Shown: piece after piece, positions 12,862 to 24,277 of the stretch
Layout of the letters: each line of letters opens with the position of its first letter
How positions within the stretch are numbered: position 1 is the stretch's first letter
Source: Callorhinchus milii
Taxonomy: Eukaryota
DNA: 42,217 nucleotides
Reading direction: 5' to 3'
NCBI RefSeq assembly: GCF_018977255.1
Contig: NW_024705469.1
Coordinates: 1 to 42,217 of the forward strand
The notes under the pieces: generated by a model
Told to the model about the DNA's origin: nothing
What the model saw: the letters and a program-made list of their open reading frames with translations, nothing else
Database searches by the model: none
Translations under genes and position numbers: made by a program

Positions 12862-13327
12862 TGTAATAAAGGACTCTTTCTCAGTGTCGATCTCCGTTGT
12901 CCTTTATTTGGGTTCGTAGAATCTCACTCACACAGCGTCCTCGCTCAGGCCCGCGTCTCCTCCGACGATCACTCCACAGCCACTCTGCTGCTCCGTTCTG
13001 CAGCCTCACTGCTGCCCCGCCCTGCAGCCCCACTGCTGCTCCACTCTGCAGCCTCACTACTGCTCCGCTCTGCAGCTAGCCTTCCACAGCCCGCTAGCCC
13101 TCTGCGTCCTGACACCGATAGCTGACGGTGCCGACGTCTCCCGATGCGTGGCGATCGCGCCACTCTCCCCGTACTGCCCAGCGTCGCCTCCTCCCGTTTC
13201 ACTCCGTCTCAACTCCCTGAACCCCTTCCGGTTCTCCCCCTAAATCCTCTCCCCCACGTGACCCTAACTCCTCCCTCTCCTCACGTGACCCAGACTCCGC
13301 CCCCCCTCAATCCTTGCTCGCATTACA
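12862..13327 (-). repeat. 5' LTR of Gypsy element
   Basis: TGTAA...TTACA termini, adjacent to the PBS, duplicate of 7063-7527. Confidence 0.95.
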
Positions 13328-13331
13328 CATA

Positions 13332-13640
13332 TAGAAGACAACCTGATTATGCAGTCTGTGATGAGAAGGAAACTAGCACTGTTTGGACTCATTATGTAGG
13401 ATGGACGACAACAGGAAAATTGTAAGTGTGCTGTTGTTCGGAAAAATGGAAGGAACCTGAAAGAGAGGAACACCTAATGGAGAATGGCTTAACGACATAA
13501 AAGATTGGTGCCAGAAAGATGTGCACTACTTGAGCATATTTGCACAAGACAGAGAGGTAAGTTAAAATAAATGACGAAATGTGCAGTGGATACCTATGGG
13601 GCTATCTGCCCATGGATCGTAATGATAATGATGATTATTT
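13332..13640 (+). pseudogene. RTE-type LINE 3' end (right part)
   Basis: Degenerate MQSVMRRKLALFG..RMDDNRK..FGKMEG..RG..EWLNDIKDWC, followed by a (GAT)n-like tail at about 13620-13640. Confidence 0.7.
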
Positions 13641-13994
13641 GAAGAGCCAGAATATTTCTGAGGAGACCCATCCAAAATATGTACCGTGCATACTAATTAT
13701 ATCCGTAACAAAATAAACAAGCAGACAGTACGTCTCCTTCCCATATCTGTCCATCCATGATAAAACAAATACGAATATTTTATTTTAAGCACATCAAATC
13801 AACCACACGGCCTTCTGGGAGTGTGATTATTTTAACACTCTACGAAGTGGAAACAGGTTGATTGGGTGTGGCTCATCGGTCGTACAAGAAACTGCAGCAA
13901 TTGGATTGCAACTGCTTGTCTTTGTCAAATTCACTGGCGGGGCAGAACCGCCAATTTTAATGTTCCGACCCCTGCCATTTTTATTGGCGAGATG

Positions 13995-14263
13995 GGGTGC
14001 CACGTTGGTGAGATGTTATCTACCTCGCCTGGTATACAGGGAGGTCGTGGGTTCGATCCCGACCCTGATGCCTGTTGTATATTTGGAGTTTGCATGTTCT
14101 CCTTGTGGTCGCGTGTATTTTTCTCCGGGTCCTTCAGATTTTCCTTCATGCGTTTAGAGTATTTGGCTGCTATAAATTTCTACATGATAAGAAGCCACTT
14201 CGTTGAGCAATCATTTGTGGCCAGGTCACTCATGAAAAAGAGCTATATAGCTCAATGGGCCTT
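13995..14263 (+). mobile_element. V-SINE-like SINE interrupted near its 3' end by the Academ element (tail resumes 19334-19356)
   Basis: B-box GGTTCGATCC and GGAGTTTGCATGTTCTCC core. The joined flanks GGGCCTT|TACCTAGTGAAAC align with GGGCCTTTCCTGGTAAAA in the 35.5-kb copy. Confidence 0.75.
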
Positions 14264-17200
14264 TAGGCCGTAAGGTGAACAAGGAAAAAGTGGCTAGAAA
14301 ATGATTTTCGTTCCCACACCTGGGAACTACTTTTTAAATGAATTTTTTCATAGACAAAACCATTTTCGACTTTATGTTAAAAGTTCTCCACAAAATACCC
14401 TGCAGTTTTTTTTCAAAATCCATAAATGTATATAATTGTGAATTGGAAAAAACGAAAATCTTATGCTGCTGGTTTTGTTTGTAACTTTATTTATATACAT
14501 TTTAGCAACACCAAATATCTCTCAAACTGACACTTATACATGTACCTAAACACTTGAGACAGGTTTTGGTGCATTATATACTCAAGTGTGAATGTAGACC
14601 ATGAAATATGGCAAATTTGTAGAAAATATGCTTCAACTTCACGGATTGGCACTAAGCAAAATTAAACATAAACATTTTAAATTTAGCAAAACTGTGATGT
14701 TTTGTACATCAAAATTTTCAGTAGGTACTGTGTAATCACAGAAAGATACAAATATAAGCACACTTTGGCCCAAGTTGGCTGAAATGACTCCAAATGCTAC
14801 AACGTCCCCTTGTTTTGGAATGCTGCCAAAAAAATTACAATTCTACCACAGATTCTTTACAGCTCAAAATCACCTTAAATTATAAGACAGCGCATATTTA
14901 CTCATCGGTATCATCCCTATCACTATCAGAGCCATCATCCCATGTAGGTCTTCTGTTTCCTGTGAAACATTTGCACAATTTTGGCACCGACATAAATCAG
15001 TACAAGACAGTCTTGCAGACATACAGGAACATCTTCCAGTCTCACATTTGCTATGCTTGCAACTGCAGTGGACTGCCTGCAACACACTTTCAGGGGCAGG
15101 ATTTCTAGTCATCCAGGTCACTGTTAACTCACCATCCTCGAGGTGCCATCCATTGCCGACGGGTGAAGGGGCACACATTATACCTTTCAGAGAATGTCTC
15201 ATTATGGCTGCTTGGTAGTTTGCCCTTTTGCAGTGTTGGTACAGGGCGTCACTTGTAAGGGGCATGGATAGTTCTGGAAAAGCTGACGATGCCATACAGA
15301 ATGCTTTGTATCTTGCATCGTTCACATTTTCAGCAGATGACTGCCCATACAGGTGGCACACATGTGCAAAGTAGCTCAAGGGTAGACTGGTCTAGGTTAA
15401 AACTGCTACCCAGATTTGTAAAAGCAGTCAGATATTCCTCTTTCTCACAAGCAACAGAAAATGCCTTTCTTTTGCCTTTGCCATAAAAGGCACTTGTAGA
15501 GTCACAACCTGAGAAGGTATGGATCCCAATAAGTGCCAAACAGACACTTGTGCCAAGAGCTGCCGACACCTGAGCTAAGTCAATGAGCCTTGTTTTGTTG
15601 CCAACCCCCGTGAAAAAATACAACCTACATGGTAAATCTGGCTGCAGACTTAAAGCAATCACTGCCACATCAGTATCAGGGCTCTTGATGACTACAGTTT
15701 GATGTTCCTGTGCAGCATATTGTGCATGTAAAAACACCCTGGTGTCACATTCCTCATGATCACATGTCAGATCTTCAACAGCACTGAGAGTATGTAAATC
15801 CTCCATTACAGTCACGCAGTGACACAGGTCTCCATGTGCTATGTACAAGCTTAAGTCCTTTCCCACAGTGGTAATATCAGCCTCTCGCCACACAACATAG
15901 AGGAATTCTGCCAGTGCTTCTTTGTTTGTTCCATCTGATATAAACTTTTTCCATTGTGTTGATGTCTTATGATCCCGTCCATAAATTTTCACCAGTTGTG
16001 TACCACCACCAGCTCTACGTGACCGTTCTAGGTTTTTAATACTCATTTTTGGATACTGGTCAATCACAAAGTCTATCCGTGTACAGTTTGTTTCAGAGAA
16101 AGTTTGACTATGTACTGCAGTATGGTCTCTGCAAGCTCTCCAAAGGTACTTGGTATTGACCAAATGGCTTGAATGACTGCCATGCCATCAAAGAAAATAG
16201 CTCATTGATCACTCCATTTATGGATCCTGGGGCAACAACTTTGGACTCAATGAGTATGTCTTGCAGTCCTGCATCTCCAAACCTTTTTCCTAGAATGCTC
16301 AGGTAGGACATGCATGTGTGAAATTCACCTCGTCTAATCACTTTACGCTGAGTAAAGTCATCATCTTTCCAGCAGATTTGCTGAGCTTTGGCATATATAG
16401 CTTTGTCAAAAACTAACACTATATGGTCCAGTTCTAGCTGATTATGAATTTGGACACTTCGCTTCAGAATTGTGTTTACTGTTGACATCTCTGTCGGTGA
16501 AGCCTCAATGACTGGAAGATAATACAGTGCTGACTTTTGCAGAGTGCCATCACTTTGAAGTAATGTATGTAAACCTGTCCAGCTTGGTATTGTGCATCTT
16601 TCAGCATCTATGGACTTTACAAAAACATATGCCAGTTCAGTTTGTACAGCAGACACCGTGTTCAATTTGTATGTGTCCGCCTGTAATGGAACACTTTCCT
16701 GATGAAACAAGTTACGTGGTCCTTGTCTATTAGACTGATGGTACTGTTCGACAGGGATGCTAGGGGGTACTTTCAATGAGGTTTTTCCCTTCTGTAGTGG
16801 TTGTCTGTTTGTTGTTGACACAGGTTCAACTACAGAACTTTGCAGCATAATCCCATTTGTGTGGTGGGTAGTTCTACGACCTGACAGTGTCTCCTCCGCA
16901 AAGTCAATATTGTCCCACACAAGTACTGTAGGAACCTTCTTTGAGAATCCCTTTGGTATTTTGTCTCTGCCCTCTACTAGTTGAAGTTGGGCAAGGCTAG
17001 TGTCTAGACTGACAACTGTGTCCCATGCTGCACAATGTCCTAGTCTATTTAGAAGTGACACAAATTGTGATGAACCTGTTAAATGGCGAACCGTTAGACC
17101 AAGACACAATGATTTAGGGGTCTGCCTCCGACCCTTAGATGCAAGATACACAATGTATTGAGAGATACATATCACTTTTAGGTTCAAATCATCTGGAATA

Positions 17201-17997
17201 TCAACATAATGGGCCAGTGTTGGTTCCTCAGTTGCACCAATAATCCAGGAAATCAGATTGTACAGTTCAATTGGAATGACAGATTTTGCCTCGCTCACAT
17301 TTAGATCATCTGATGTGGGTGGCCACGGACATTTCATACCGGGAGAGTCACACAGCAGCATCTTTAATATTAATGCCGCACTGTAAAGTGTCCTCATGTC
17401 CTCTGCAGTATTGATGGAGGCCATTGAACTTGGTCTTTGTGGACCAGCTTTTGCACTAGCCCTGTTTTCACAGTCACTTTCGCTAGTTACCTCAGTTGAC
17501 TCCGTTGTTTCTGTACCTGATGGATGAGGTAGCCTGTCTATCAGCTTATCTGCAGACAATGTCTCAACGAAAACCATCTCACTTATGTTGCGCTTCTTGG
17601 GGTAGTGAAACACCAGCTGGGGGAAATCACGGGCCAACCTCCTACTTTTGAAATGTGAAAATGTGAGGGAATTATTAATTAATATTTATTAATATAAAAT
17701 ATTGCTAACTCACTGTTCTTCTGAGGTCACAATAACTGATGCACTAGACTTTGTCAAGAACCTGGTGTACTGTCTATAACAGGCCTTGTGGTATCGCACC
17801 TCCAGAGACAGTCTTTGTCTCGAATATGCACAAGAATGCTAGTGTCTTCCTTCATCTCAGCAGCTTTCAGCAAATTGCCTGTAAATAAATAAATACTAAT
17901 TAAACTAATAAAAACTGTGTTAAGATCTTCTTGGTTCTTTCGGTAAAGTCACGTAGAAGGGAAGTAATAAAATAATAAAAATAAAACAATAAAATAA

Positions 17998-18046
17998 TTC
18001 TCACGACGTTTCGGCCACAACGCAAGCAGCCGTCCTCAGGTGAAAA
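17998..18046 (-). ncRNA. Minimal type I hammerhead ribozyme motif (minus-strand copy)
   Basis: Minus strand reads TTTTCAC-CTGAGGA-CGGCTGC..GTGGCC-GAAA-CGTC-GTGAGAA. Stems I and II pair and the core is intact. Confidence 0.7.
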
Positions 18047-18129
18047 CCAGGTCTGTCGAGGCGACAGAGTCTGAATGAAACAGCACACGAGCTTGGAGCA
18101 TTCAGACTCTGTCGCCTCGACAGACCTGG

Positions 18130-18178
18130 TTTTCACCTGAGGACGGCTGCTTGCGTTGTGGCTGAAACGTCGTGAGAA
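18130..18178 (+). ncRNA. Minimal type I hammerhead ribozyme motif (plus-strand copy)
   Basis: TTTTCAC-CTGAGGA(18137-18143)-stem II-GAAA-CGTC-GTGAGAA. Predicted cleavage after GUC at 18171. Confidence 0.7.
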
Positions 18179-20059
18179 TTATTGTGTTTTATTTTTATTA
18201 TTTTATTACTTCCCTTCTACGTGATGACTTTACCGAAAGAACCAAGAAGATGAATCCCTGCAGTCACGAAAGCTTTAAATCGAAATTTAACTGTGTTAAG
18301 AGTTAAACAATATTGAGTGTTCTGGCTGTAGCTGTATGCAAAACAATGCAAATCTGTCTCTGACTGTAAAATAAATATTACATAAATTATGTAATTGTAA
18401 TTGAAAGTTAGCCATGGTACCCAGCATAAGGGAATACAAGTTCAAACGTGTGTATGTGTGTGTTTTGTTTTTACCTACGTGCTGACGTTTCTGCCTGTGA
18501 AAGATGGTCCTTCTGGCGTTTGCCTCCCACAGTAATGTACTTGTCCGTTTTCTTACAAATTATGCACAAGGCAGAAAGCACAGGACCAGCACAAGCTACT
18601 GGCAGGCCGGTCCTGGACCTAAGTTTTTTTGCGGGACAATCAACTGCAGTGATACTACCGTTACTACCCGATGGCACAGACTGGCCTTGATCTTGAGCTT
18701 CAGGACGCTGTGTGGCCCGTTTCTCGGCCGCATCCAAGCGCTTTTTGTCAATGAAACGCCTGTAGCAAGTGGAGTGAAACCCAGCGTCTTTGGGAACATT
18801 GTCAAACTCGATTTCTAGACAATTTGTATGTTTCTGCTATTCTCCGATTCTCACCTTGCAAAAAAAGCCACCGTTTGACGCAGTTTCTGAATATATCCCA
18901 ACGTGTCCATGTAAAATACTTTGTTTCTTCTTTCTTTATGGATGTGAAATGCATGAAGCATTGTTTAAAATACTTTTACGGACTTTTGAAGGAGGTCTGG
19001 CCGTAATTTCCTCCTCTTCACTACTCGATATTGACAACAAGGGCGCAGACATCTTGGACTGTTTACCTCTCGTCCCAAAAAAGCAGCCACCTTATTAGTC
19101 TAGCGGGAAGCACGTGACGCAAAGCCTCATCACTGATGATCAAAATATTATTACGCGAGGAAAGAAATATTGCCGACTTTAAACAATAATAAAAAATAAA
19201 CTGCAGGATTAGACATGGAGAACTTTTATTTTCACGGCCAACAGCAATAGATCTTTTTATTAGAATGAAAAGAATTTAGTGCCCCATATATGGGAACGGG
19301 ATTAAACGTAAAACGTCTTCACCTTACGGCCTATACCTAGTGAAACAAAATAGTTAAAAGTTTTCTGCATCGAAGGCACTGCCTGATGACTACTAAGTGT
19401 ACTGAAATACACGTGAATGCCGATTATTAAAACCATTTGTCACTTGAACTTAAAGTTGGCACTTTTGGAAAATCTGTCGATTAAAAATAGAAAATGCTAT
19501 TTGAATCATTGATGTTATAAACGCTCTGTTTAATGCTACACTTGAGTTTCTCTCACCAATGTATGTACGCTGAACTTCTTCCACACCGTACATAGCCAAC
19601 CGTGTTAATCGGAGGTGCAATCCAAATTAGCATGCATATTGCTATTTTGGATTGTTCACTATATTTCCATTGTCCATAGTTTTGGTTGTTAAATTTTTAT
19701 ACTTATCTATTTATTTATGAAAATGATTCCTAATATCAAATTGGCCTCGCCCAAAAGAAGACTGATCGACTAAACCGGGAACCTGCTAAGCAACACTGAA
19801 AAAAAAATATCCCACAGCCTTCCACAATGTTGCGTGACAATGGCAGGATTTATTTCAGTGTATTCAGAATTCCTCTTCGGGATTATTATTATTCCACCTC
19901 TTAACCATGGCTATCACTCCAGGCAATATTTAAAAATAAAATACAACTCTCAACTTTCTTTTGAAGAAAGAGACTTCTTTCTGGGCGCGCAATTCACGTT
20001 GGAGCTCCACGTTGGCTCCTGCCACCCCGTTGCAGTGGGGCATTCACAGTCCGTAATAG

Positions 20060-20190
20060 AGGTTTTTAGGTTAGATCACATAAATATAAATGTGTCGTTA
20101 AACCTGCCACCACCCGACGCAGCCAATTAACATGGCGGGTTTAACGACATATATTTACGTGATCGAACCCAAAAACCGTTTATGGATAAT
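20060..20190. repeat. Rearranged fragment of Penelope-like family A repeat
   Basis: AAATGTGTCGTTAAACC..CAGCCAATTA is followed by its partial inverse GGTTTAACGACATATATTT. Confidence 0.5.
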
Positions 20191-21337
20191 ATTGGTCGCG
20201 AAAACCTACTGCTACGTGTTAAACTGATTCACAGTCTGCATTGGACCGTGTTCCACCATTTGCAATTCATGAGTTGTGAGGCTTCAGCGCCAGCAGTGGG
20301 GACCCGTTCTACTGCTACCACAATAGGCAACAACGGAGGCGATGAGGCTAAGGTGCTTTAGCCACTTTAATTTGAATACTGTACACAATAGTTTTCCCAT
20401 TATCACCGTAACAAGCAAGCGCTTACAGCGACTGGTGGTTATTGTTTTTTTTCAATTATTATTTCCACTTTCAGCATTGGAAATTCAAGCGAGCTCCGAT
20501 GGGAGTTGTGCTGCCGATATGGTGAATCCTTGTATGTGCGTGGGTGGCCCAAATGTCTCCTGTCAGTGCACCCTCTGTGAAGCAGCTGCAGTCGATAGTT
20601 TTTAAAAATGGATAACAGAGGCCCTGCTGGCTCATTTCATGCATCCCATTGATAGACACACAAAAACTGATATATTTCTTCGCGGTAATGTACGGATTTT
20701 TATTTTTCAATCAGCATAACATTAGCCTGCGTCTGGCCCGTGCACAGTGCAGCAATTTTGTTGTGAAACGGTGTAGCTTGTTTGCGAAATGAAATTCCAC
20801 AAAATAAAATATAACGGCCACTCGTGTTTACTGTCAAGTAGAGATAGGCGTGAGCACCGTCCGTGTGCGGCTCAGTGCCGTTTTAACGCATTCCAATGAA
20901 CCATGAAAGCGTTTACACATTATCTCTGTCCATCTGTCTAAGGCAAGTGGGTCACTAGACATCTTGTGAATGTGATTTTCTATGCATTAACGGTTATTTG
21001 AAAATGATATTGCTGTTGAGGAATTACTCTGCAGACGACTAGCAAATTTATCAAAGGGTTTGGCAAAATGACTCGTCGTTAAAACGTGGGCCTCTTCGAC
21101 CGTGACGTGACGTCACTGGCTAATGATGATCAGTGACTTGGGTCTATACCATGGTATCAACGTTTCGTTTGCTCATGGAGGCAGGGACACCCGGGTAGGA
21201 AAACCAGGCAAGGGAGGTCTGGTTGCAGGGGGCACTAGGCCTCAACTTTGTTCATGTGTGTAATTAAGACATTATTTATTAATAAAACAATTTAACCAAA
21301 CCTTTTCTATACACTTGCCTTAGCCAAATTAAGATAT

Positions 21338-21965
21338 AATGTTGAAGCTCTGTGCAAAACAGGTTAGTACTGGCCAAAACTAATTAGAGAATATATAGAA
21401 ATTGAGAGATGAAAATAATTTTAACCGTTCGGATAGCTACAGGCTTAGTGCTGCTTGGAAGCAAATTATCAAGTAATACACTTTAACTGCATGCCTATAC
21501 AGGTCACCATACGTCGATGATGATTAAATTGAGCAGACAATAACAGGTATTGCGATTTCTTAGATCCAAAAACGGCAGGATGTTAATGAATGGCGTGCAT
21601 TCATAGTGTGCATGCATAATGTTTGTCGATTACTCAATGAATAACCCAACCCTTATTGGATATTCATTGTAATTTATATGTATTCATTAAACCCCCCTTT
21701 GCCCTGTGCACCTGATTGGCTCACAAGTTACATCACATTTACCCCCTCGATACTGAAACAGGAGGATTTCTCCACAACTCTGGCTTTTGCCTGATGATGC
21801 TGGTAATTACTGGTGAAACGTCACAGTACTCGAATTGTAAATGTTGTGGGTTTACTCTCCAACACACCGGTGTGTTATACTAGTAACGGATTGGCGCGTT
21901 AGTTTATGTGACAAACCTCATGTATATTTATGCAATCTAACCTAAAAACTTATATTATGGATAAT
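21338..21965 (+). mobile_element. Penelope-like element 3' end: GIY-YIG C-terminal remnant plus hammerhead-bearing terminal repeat
   Basis: 21338-21476 translates with one frameshift as YWPKLIREYIEIE/NNFNRSDSYRLSAAWKQII*, typical of PLE endonuclease ends. CTGATGA..GAAACGTC at 21791-21822. Confidence 0.75.
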
Positions 21966-22319
21966 ATTGGTTGCAAAAGCCTAAATTGATTTCAGATTGT
22001 GATTTTAAGGACAATTTCAGATCTTTTTCAGATTTTTCGGATTTTGCCATGATGTGATAATTTAACATGGCTAAGTTCGAATTAAATGAAACATTATTTG
22101 CTGCTGCTGCTTTTGTGTTGGCAGTGGTACAAAGCACATTAGCATAGACATCTCAACACGTGTGTTAATTGCAATGGCCCTTCTTCGTAACACATTTTGA
22201 TGTGCTTCCCATCACACGTTTTTACGATGCATATCTCACATGGTCATTCTAATCGTGCACGAGTGAAGGGAATATTGTTAGGTGTCATTTTGGTTTAACG
22301 TAAGCTTCACGACCAATAT

Positions 22320-22533
22320 CCATAATAAAGGTTTTTGGGTGAGATTGTGTAAATATAAATGTGTCGTTAAACCCACCACCACCCGACGCAGTCAATTAGC
22401 AAGGTTTGCCACTGAAAAAAAACATGCCAATTCGTTGCTAGTTCAGCACACCGGTGTGGTGGAGAGTAAACCCACAACATTTACAATTCGATTATAGTGA
22501 CGTTTCGCTCGTAATTACAACCAGCATCATAGG
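22320..22533 (-). repeat. Inverted copy of Penelope-like family A terminal repeat
   Basis: Reverse complement of about 21790-21965 and 490-710. Confidence 0.65.
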
Positions 22534-22949
22534 TGTAATCTTTTTTCTGCGCTTAGATTTATAGCTTAATGTAAAAGAGGAGCCGTCAAGATTTGCTTCT
22601 TACTCGGAACAATAAATCACAGAAACATCTCTGCATTATAGGTGGGGAATTTGCATTGCAGACGTTGCTAAAGATAGCCTTGGCAAGCAACCAGCAAGGG
22701 AAAGCATCGACTGGACTCGATGCTGATCTCTCACATTTGTGATTTATTAAATAACCCTCCGCCTGGTCGATAAGCCAATTGGTTCCAAGCAGCCTTAGTT
22801 GGTGTGAGATGCCAGAGGCCGTTACTGATATTTCTGCATGGGGGGGGGGGGGGGGATTCTCTTTGAAAGAGACAGCTACTTGACAACGGCAAGTAAACCA
22901 AGGATGAGGGTTAAGCCTTGCCAAAAAACAAAGGTGAGGAGAAAACTTA

Positions 22950-23190
22950 TCTGGCACGTGTCGTGAAGGGTATTGCAAGATCCGACCATGTCTGTCCAGT
23001 CCTTGCTGACCTGCATTGTCTTCCGGTTGCTGAACTAATACATTATAGGGTCCGGCTCATGACACACAAAGTACTTGCCACAAATGAACCACAATACCTC
23101 TCTGGCCATCCACGCAATGGCTTTTGGCGAGCCATCGAACAAAGACGGTCACTGCATCATGCGCGTTCACTTTCAATCAAGATTTAAAAC
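22950..23190 (+). pseudogene. L2/CR1-group LINE ORF2 C-terminal fragment
   Basis: DHVCPVLADLHCLPVAELIHYRVRLMTHK..PQYLS matches the HITPVL..LHWLP motif. Confidence 0.7.
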
Positions 23191-24277
23191 TAATTTCTTT
23201 AAAACTGTTTTTTGTGTTTAGTTTGTTGTCCTTCCCCCGCACCTCCGATTAGTACGGTTGGCTACGTACGGTGCGAAACAAGTTTAACATGCAAACAGGT
23301 GTTAAAGACGCACGCTGCCTAGCAATGTGGATTGCGCCACACTCACTCAGTCAAGGAAAGAGCAAAAGGAACCCACAAAGTACACCCGGGTTACGTTCAC
23401 TTCAGTGGCAGCTGGTACATTTAGTTGTCGTATTGGTGCAATTACGGAAGAGATGAGTGTTCAGCTGCGATCAGATGGTTGGTAGAGGTGCCCATTTGGG
23501 TCAATTTACACTCGTTCACGGTTATCCACTGAAGAAAAAAATGTGATAAATGGGGTGTGCTCCATTCCCTCAGCCCTTCCAAATAAATGTTCAGTACATT
23601 CTGGGAGCCAGAGGTTAGATCGCTTGACTCTCAATGATGTCAGCTGCTCTGGTGCTCTAACTGTCTTTTCGTGGCTCGAACGAGTGCTTTGTTATCACCA
23701 GCTGCCAATGGATTTTTCATGCCATCGTTTCATCCTTGTTAAAATTATAGACCAGAGATACATGAGCCCTAAACACACACACATACAAATAGATTTGTTT
23801 GCTTTCTACTGTCGGCATTGAAGGCAATGTCCCATTTACCCTGCCATGTATTCATGTAATTTATATAATTTAGCGTAATGGTGCATACATTAACTAATGC
23901 TCCACGTAATGTTTTCACAGTGAGTGGAATTATGGTATAACGAGTGCTCTACCCCGACTTTTATTTAACAACCGATTTTTTTTCAAGTTCATTTTTATTC
24001 TACCATCTTGCTCATATTGTTTCTCATTCTTGGTCTAATTTGTGTAGTTGACTGCCGTTGGCATATATGTGTGTCAGATAATTTGCATACACAGTGCGTA
24101 CAGTAGTGTAAGGAGGTTGGCTGTCTTTTGCAGTTCGTGTGCCGTGTATTTCATGCTAACATTCAAAACACCAACGAGTCTGGCCAAACACAGTAACAGC
24201 GGATAGCCTAGATATACATGAATGTGTTAAGTGGCAATATTTTTAGCCAAAAGCTCCAGTGTTAATTCAGCAATTAG

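Larger units (their letters stand above)
7063..13327 (-). mobile_element. Gypsy/Ty3 LTR retrotransposon, decayed
   Basis: Two ~465-bp LTRs, 4-bp TSD CATA (7059-7062 and 13328-13331), PBS and PPT. Domain order gag-RT-RNaseH-integrase on minus strand. Confidence 0.95.
17925..18288. mobile_element. Palindromic Penelope-like (family B) insertion with 12-13 bp TSD
   Basis: Inverted arms 17925-18077 and 18099-18251, 21-nt spacer and a short tail. Flanked by direct repeat AACTGTGTTAAG(A) at 17913 and 18289. Confidence 0.8.
14870..19052 (-). pseudogene. Academ transposase-XPG-like nuclease-CXC gene, spliced, disrupted
   Basis: Probable exon 1 at 19052-~18479, exon 2 at 17878-17714 (AG/GTGAGT borders, YHKACYRQY) and exon 3 from ~17640. 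Motifs WDNIDF, FDKAIY, GEFH, FDGMAVIQ, HEECDTR, DTDV, GCDSTSAFYGKGK and CSCKHSKC..CSC..CTDLCRCQNC. Several frameshifts and stops. Confidence 0.8.
14264..19333 (-). mobile_element. Academ-superfamily (AcademX-like) DNA transposon, non-autonomous derivative
   Basis: Perfect 16-bp TIR TAGGCCGTAAGGTGAA (14264-14279 and 19318-19333). Internal gene has transposase-like, XPG/PIN-like and Cys-rich domains, the architecture described for Academ. Confidence 0.8.

Noticed and set aside
14870..15379. Host tesmin/LIN54-like CXC gene
   Set aside because: It is the frameshifted C-terminus of the TIR-bounded transposon gene.
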